From a virus, in IMG/VR virus record IMGVR_UViG_3300033146_003479, positions 1 to 64,000 of that record: 64,000 nucleotides of DNA; one strand, 5' to 3'. The notes beneath the pieces were generated by a model that worked only from the letters and a program-made list of their open reading frames with translations, was not told where the DNA came from and did no database searches. Below, one piece after another: positions 58,900-64,000 of the stretch. The translations under genes were made by a program, and so were the position numbers. Within the stretch, counting starts at the first letter, position 1. Each line of letters begins with the position of its first letter.

Positions 58900-59298
58900 T
58901 TATGGATTAATCAATATTTCAATTGTGATGGACAAACTTCCCTTAGAACTGATAAATTTAAAAACATTTTCGCTTGGAGAATTAAACGTTAATTGCTTAA
59001 CATTCACTTCTATAGATTCATCAGTAGAAGATAAAATTTCTATTTCTCCTGTACCTTTTTTATATCCATCCAACGAATGCTCTGAATATTCAAATTGACC
59101 TTCCACATTTAATTGTGAATTACTAACTTCATACTTGATGATACAACGCTCACTATCATCGCAAGATTTAAGTTTCTGTATGAATTCATTCAAATTATCA
59201 GTACTCTCTGTAATAGTTCTACCTAACTTAGACAAAGCATCGTAGTTAATGGACTCATCCATTCCTCTCATAACATCCTTCATTGTAAATTCTTTCAT
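58900..59298 (-). CDS. hypothetical protein
   Basis: GAGG Shine-Dalgarno; tight operon. Confidence 0.6.
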   Translation of the reverse strand: MKEFTMKDVMRGMDESINYDALSKLGRTITESTDNLNEFIQKLKSCDDSERCIIKYEVSNSQLNVEGQFEYSEHSLDGYKKGTGEIEILSSTDESIEVNVKQLTFNSPSENVFKFISSKGSLSITIEILINP

Positions 59299-59302
59299 TT
59301 TT

Positions 59303-59797
59303 TTAACCTCGTATCATCACATCAGACATATTTTCATAACCACGTATGAGATATGCTATTTTTGTCTTAACTTTACCTAATTGAATACTCTTAAACTTAC
59401 TCTTATTAATATAAATCTTACCTCCACAATTCAACATTATCATCAGGGAATCAGCACTCATTGAAACTTTCTTTAATATATCTTTATGGAAAAGTGTCAC
59501 TAAATTTTCAGTTTTCTTCCCGAATGATATAATTATCTCTTTTCCTACTCGTTCATCCAAAAACTCCTTGACGTTATCTAATGTCAAAGTATCATCTGCT
59601 TTAATAACTTCATCTTTGGGTTGGTTGTCGCTCTCATTAAACGGATTCATTACGGATTCTAAAATTTGATTCTGCTGATTCATCATCGAAATGCTATTTG
59701 TAGTTGGAACGTTTTTAGATTGCTGACCTAAAAGTCGATTCATATTAGCACTAAAACCGCTCATCATATCTTCCATAGAAACTTTTCTGGGGCTCAT
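59303..59797 (-). CDS. hypothetical protein
   Basis: AGGAG Shine-Dalgarno; tight operon. Confidence 0.6.
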   Translation of the reverse strand: MSPRKVSMEDMMSGFSANMNRLLGQQSKNVPTTNSISMMNQQNQILESVMNPFNESDNQPKDEVIKADDTLTLDNVKEFLDERVGKEIIISFGKKTENLVTLFHKDILKKVSMSADSLMIMLNCGGKIYINKSKFKSIQLGKVKTKIAYLIRGYENMSDVMIRG

Positions 59798-60247
59798 TTA
59801 TTTCTCCTTCTTATCGGTTATTATATAAATCTCTGTACTTTGTTTCATAAATTGAATATTCAATGAAACTCCATCTCCTTCAAATATCACCTTATCAACT
59901 TCAGTTAGAAATAAATTAATCATTGCATCCTTATATGTTAAGTTCAAGGTCAACATACTTCTATCTATAGTTATACCTTCTAATTCTCCATACACTCTAC
60001 TTTCAACTTTATCTCCACCAAGTTGCTTTTTGATTATCTGAAGTTCTCTATGATTACTTTTAAAATCATCCAGATACTCCGATAATCTCGGAATGGCTTT
60101 CTCTAGTGGCAATTCATCACGGAATTCATTAGATGAATTTGATTCATCACTAGAATCATTTTGTCCAATTTCACTCAATGTCTTCTCATCTTCAGTAAAA
60201 TAACTTTTATTATATTTAGCCATCGCCGATAATACACTGTTTTTCAT
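59798..60247 (-). CDS. hypothetical protein
   Basis: GAGGAG Shine-Dalgarno; ATGA overlap. Confidence 0.6.
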   Translation of the reverse strand: MKNSVLSAMAKYNKSYFTEDEKTLSEIGQNDSSDESNSSNEFRDELPLEKAIPRLSEYLDDFKSNHRELQIIKKQLGGDKVESRVYGELEGITIDRSMLTLNLTYKDAMINLFLTEVDKVIFEGDGVSLNIQFMKQSTEIYIITDKKEK

Positions 60248-62172
60248 TTTTGTTTCTCCTCACTTAAAAAGTTCATTATTTTTTTACATATCTCATTTCG
60301 ATGAAATCCTGGAGCGATATTACCATCTTTAATTTGTTGAATCCAATGATCGGATCGATCACGATAATTTGAAAAATTCTTCAGTACATATTTAGCCAAT
60401 TCAAAATCATCATTGATAACTATGATATCTAACACAATATCATCTATATGATCAATTCCCCTAAATAATTCAACTGAATCGTTTTTCAAAATAGCATCAA
60501 TCAATAGTTTATAGTTTGCTCGATATTTAAAATTAATCAATGGACTAGAATATTCAATACTCATAGATCTCACTTGGTACATTAAAGACTCAATAATTGA
60601 ATATGAAGCATATTCATGAAAATAGGTTTCACCAAGAAGCATCTTAACCGCTCGCAAATCGTGTCCAGTTCGAATGAATTCAAAAATTTCATCAAATTTC
60701 ATACTCTTCGACTTCAATCTATCACGAACTTCATCATACGACAATTTCGATATTTCAGATGTCTCATTATTCTCTTCAAAGTTCAATGGAACATCATCAT
60801 TAGGATTAGTTCTTTCTATTAATTCAACACACTTTGTGATAAATATATCATCATACATATTAGTGTAATTACGAATCAATTTAATCCAATTATTACCATT
60901 CATATAAAATCCATCAAATCGATCAAATATTAATTTTACTATTTCAATATCTCTCGACTCCATCGCCATTTCAAATAGAATCATATATAACTTCATCTCA
61001 CGCATAACAATCGTCTCATTTTTCAATATTGCATCCAAAACGAGACCAGTTCGCTTCACACCATTGAACGATGAAGGATTATAATTTAATATACTCACAA
61101 TCATTAATTTACCATTCTTCATCTTAGCATTCAATAAAAATTCAACAACATCATATCGTTCACTCCCTCGAACCAACTTAACTATATGCTCCATTCGCAA
61201 TAAATTAAAATTCTTTTTAATCGTCTTCAATGGAAAGTTCAATAACTTAGAACTATCCATCATAGCATTACTAGAAGCGTCATTTTTACTTCGAATATTA
61301 GGTAATGTTTTAATATTTTGGATAATGGACGTTTTAAAAATGATAGTTTGGACTTTTTCAGTGGGATAAATAATACCATGAATATCATCAATTCCATCAT
61401 ATCCTAATTTTTGAAATATTAAATTGAATTTAAAAATATTATTTCTTGTTGCAAACGTCGGTTCATTATTCATAACGTTCATAATTCTATCTCTATGTTT
61501 TTTATCCGTAGATAAATATAAACATAAAATATACATATTTAAAAATATAGGAGTATCATGATCTAGAGATTCTATTTCGTCTTCGTATTTCTTCATCATA
61601 TCTTCCAATTCTTCTATCTCAGCCTCAATTCGTTCTCTTTCTGAATCATCCATAGCATCTTGATTCTCAAGATATTCTATATCGGAATAAATATCATCAA
61701 TTTCATTAGCATTCACATTCTTGTTAAATTCATCTCTAGTATGAGTATATGGATGAAATCGTTGGTTGGAGAGGGACGTACTAGAATGGTTTCGGATAAG
61801 GATTTCATCTTTAGGATACAAACGTTTTAATTTTTCGAGGTCTTTTTTGAAGTCTACTTCGGAGTACTTATCTGTGACAAGGATTTTATTTGAATTGGAC
61901 AATGTAAATATCGATGCATACTTTGCGTTGCCTGCGAATGGGAAGTCAAAATTATATTCACGTTTCGACTCTTTAATGTTATATGCATAGACACCTGCAG
62001 GTGTCACGTATGGAGACTTCGGATTCACTCCCTTTTTGATGACGTTGATGAAAGTAACGTAAGTGTTCTCCGTTGATGAATACTTATTCAATAGGTCATT
62101 CACGTACTCCTTTGGGTTATTCTCAGGATTACGCCTCTTCTCGTTTAAATATGACCAACTAAATTTATCCAT
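60244..62172 (-). CDS. putative ADP-ribosyltransferase-like domain plus ankyrin-like repeats, possibly head-packaged
   Basis: TPAGVYAY; KLGYDGI.D..GII..TE..Q.IIF; repeated A....D.E.VK.I; leader MDKFSWSYLNE. Confidence 0.5.
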   Translation of the reverse strand: MDKFSWSYLNEKRRNPENNPKEYVNDLLNKYSSTENTYVTFINVIKKGVNPKSPYVTPAGVYAYNIKESKREYNFDFPFAGNAKYASIFTLSNSNKILVTDKYSEVDFKKDLEKLKRLYPKDEILIRNHSSTSLSNQRFHPYTHTRDEFNKNVNANEIDDIYSDIEYLENQDAMDDSERERIEAEIEELEDMMKKYEDEIESLDHDTPIFLNMYILCLYLSTDKKHRDRIMNVMNNEPTFATRNNIFKFNLIFQKLGYDGIDDIHGIIYPTEKVQTIIFKTSIIQNIKTLPNIRSKNDASSNAMMDSSKLLNFPLKTIKKNFNLLRMEHIVKLVRGSERYDVVEFLLNAKMKNGKLMIVSILNYNPSSFNGVKRTGLVLDAILKNETIVMREMKLYMILFEMAMESRDIEIVKLIFDRFDGFYMNGNNWIKLIRNYTNMYDDIFITKCVELIERTNPNDDVPLNFEENNETSEISKLSYDEVRDRLKSKSMKFDEIFEFIRTGHDLRAVKMLLGETYFHEYASYSIIESLMYQVRSMSIEYSSPLINFKYRANYKLLIDAILKNDSVELFRGIDHIDDIVLDIIVINDDFELAKYVLKNFSNYRDRSDHWIQQIKDGNIAPGFHRNEICKKIMNFLSEEKQK

Positions 62173-62182
62173 ATGTTATCTC

Positions 62183-63622
62183 CTATCCTAACTTTAAATA
62201 CACACAAGATAACTCATTTATCTTCAATGCTCCTTTATAAAATTCACCTAAAGTTTCAGATAATAAATCATTTTCATATAAAATAGCAAAGTCATAAAAA
62301 TATTTCAATCCTTCTATCTTCGAAATGATATAATTATCTAAAATCATTCTTTCTTGAATATTTATACTTTTCTTTGATTTATCTAATTCTAATAAAAAAT
62401 TCACAAAATCAGTATCATCTCGAAAGTTACTAATAAATTTCTCCTTAAATGCTCTTTGACAAACAGAAAACATTTCTCTCCATATATGAGGATATCGCAA
62501 TATCTCATCCTTTCGTTTTAATCGACCAACGGATAACGATTCGAATTGTTTAAAATGAGAATCTATAATCTTCGTTGGGATTTTACCATATCTAGCAATG
62601 GCCTTTTTACTTTTTCCTTCAATTTGAATGTTCCCGCTCATCCATGGATACTGCTTTAATTGACAATATAAATCTTTCTCCTCATCATTCACTTTACCTG
62701 TAGCATAGAATGTAGTATCTCTAGATTGCAATGTTCTATGTGAGGTATCACTCCATCGCATAAAAAATCGAATTTCTGATAAATCCCAATCGTTCACTCG
62801 AATTCGATCTAAATTAAAAGTCTCACATTTATTATTATCAGCATTAATTTTCTTTAATGAAATGGGAATCAATATTTTACTTAAAAAACAAGACTCAATA
62901 TACTCATTGATATGATGAATGTTTCCATTTTCATAATTTACAATCTCCGATAATTCATCTAGAATTACTCTCTCACTTTGAATATCAACAAGCCAAATGT
63001 CCGCAGGATTCCAAGTTGATATTTTAGTAAATCGAGAAATTAAAGCATAAAATTCATCAATAAACTTCGATTTTCTATACACCTCGTATTCTTTTTTATC
63101 AGAATTTGACAAAAAAAATTGGATAAGTTTTGCCTGATACTCAAATGATTTTCTCCAATCTAGAGTAATTTGAGGATAGATATTCATAATATCCGATTCA
63201 TCAGGAAATACACCATCATTAATAATACTTTTAATATATAAACTAGAACACAACTCCTGTTGCTTCGTGAACATTGAGCCTTGAGAATTACTCGTACTAT
63301 TAATCCCTTTAAATTTATTTATTTTGGCTACATCATTTAATTTTATTTGAGTGAAAGTGTCATCATCATTCTTAACTACTATTGCTGGTATATATCGAGA
63401 ATTCATCTTAAACGTATCCAATATATCTCCCGTTTGAGGAGACACATTTTCTCGCAGAAGTTGTATTAAGTGTCTATTAAACTTGGATTCTATAATTTTC
63501 TTATTCCCATTCACTAATTCAATTTCAGAATCAAATTCTAAGATATCGGCTAAAATTTCTTGTCTAGTTTTTTTTAAATCATTATTGATTTTATAAAGAT
63601 CTTCTATTTTCAATCCTTGCAT
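62183..63622 (-). CDS. putative restriction-endonuclease-like (PD-(D/E)XK) protein
   Basis: QQE..S; WNPADIWLV..IPISLKK arrangement of an E, D and SLK core. Confidence 0.45.
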   Translation of the reverse strand: MQGLKIEDLYKINNDLKKTRQEILADILEFDSEIELVNGNKKIIESKFNRHLIQLLRENVSPQTGDILDTFKMNSRYIPAIVVKNDDDTFTQIKLNDVAKINKFKGINSTSNSQGSMFTKQQELCSSLYIKSIINDGVFPDESDIMNIYPQITLDWRKSFEYQAKLIQFFLSNSDKKEYEVYRKSKFIDEFYALISRFTKISTWNPADIWLVDIQSERVILDELSEIVNYENGNIHHINEYIESCFLSKILIPISLKKINADNNKCETFNLDRIRVNDWDLSEIRFFMRWSDTSHRTLQSRDTTFYATGKVNDEEKDLYCQLKQYPWMSGNIQIEGKSKKAIARYGKIPTKIIDSHFKQFESLSVGRLKRKDEILRYPHIWREMFSVCQRAFKEKFISNFRDDTDFVNFLLELDKSKKSINIQERMILDNYIISKIEGLKYFYDFAILYENDLLSETLGEFYKGALKINELSCVYLKLG

Positions 63623-63987
63623 TATCTATCACCATTTGTGAAACGGTCATACTTCAAAGCGAAATCTAAAGCATATGACTTTTGAGTTAATAAATTCTTA
63701 ATGTCAGTCAAAAATTCCAATTTAGTATTAATATGTTGAACATCTTGTTGAATTTGATTCCATTCTAAATCTGCCTCTATAGCAATTCTCATATCAGTTT
63801 TATTTGAAAATTTCACTTTCGAATTCATTCTTAAATCCAAATAAATCTCATATTCTTTTTTTCGCATTTTCTCTTCAAGATTATTATTCATCATTCGACA
63901 TTGAGCCATTAATCGAACTACCTTATGCATATGTGAAGGTAAATCCAACATTTCCTCTCTCATATTACTTCGATCAACTTCTACCAT
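63622..63987 (-). CDS. uvsY: recombination mediator
   Basis: size, helical pattern, IEAD.EW....Q....KLEFL..I...L.QKSYAL..A.KY.RF.NG; near uvsW. Confidence 0.8.
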   Translation of the reverse strand: MVEVDRSNMREEMLDLPSHMHKVVRLMAQCRMMNNNLEEKMRKKEYEIYLDLRMNSKVKFSNKTDMRIAIEADLEWNQIQQDVQHINTKLEFLTDIKNLLTQKSYALDFALKYDRFTNGDR

Positions 63988-64000
63988 GCGTTGAAATTCA

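Noticed and set aside
1181-61990. Many 60-135 aa ORFs nested in or antisense to long genes
   Set aside because: No Shine-Dalgarno, no recognisable motifs, and expected by chance opposite long AT-rich coding regions.
1-64000. Stop-codon reassignment
   Set aside because: Core genes are full length under the standard code, and TAA, TAG and TGA all end genes at sensible positions.
1-64000. tRNA or rRNA genes
   Set aside because: No cloverleaf with T-loop GTTC and acceptor stem found in the short intergenic gaps by eye; tRNAscan-SE would be needed to be sure.

Overview
Strongly AT-rich segment of a large T4-like myophage genome, standard genetic code, almost all genes on the minus strand. Head module: gp20 portal, gp21 protease, gp22 scaffold, gp23 major capsid. 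Baseplate/tail module: gp4, gp5, gp27-like, gp53, gp48, a 3093-aa DUF4815-type protein, gp7, gp6, gp26/gp51-like, a gp54/gp19-fold protein and fibre-like genes. Replication and regulation: rnh, a sigma70-family factor, RuvC-like resolvase, regA, gp62, gp44, gp61 primase, uvsW, uvsY. There is also a probable lysis cassette and a cluster of Zn-ribbon/PD-(D/E)XK homing-endonuclease-like genes. Two promoter classes are readable: sigma70-like TTG-n17-TATA(T/C)T with an extended TG, and T4-late-like NNTAAATA. Best leads: (1) a promoter- and terminator-bounded, ORF-free structured small RNA at about 13108-13226; (2) a U10 slippery site that fuses gp26 to a start-less gp51-like ORF by -1 frameshift; (3) a split or nested homing-endonuclease cluster with DNA-binding-only, full-length, nuclease-only and nuclease+Mom-like genes; (4) probable head-packaged effectors (two WCTAS-domain paralogues, one with a 27-aa repeat array, and an ART-like/ankyrin-like protein); (5) a sigma factor with two region-4 domains. 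All assignments come from motif recognition by eye; no database search or folding program was run.
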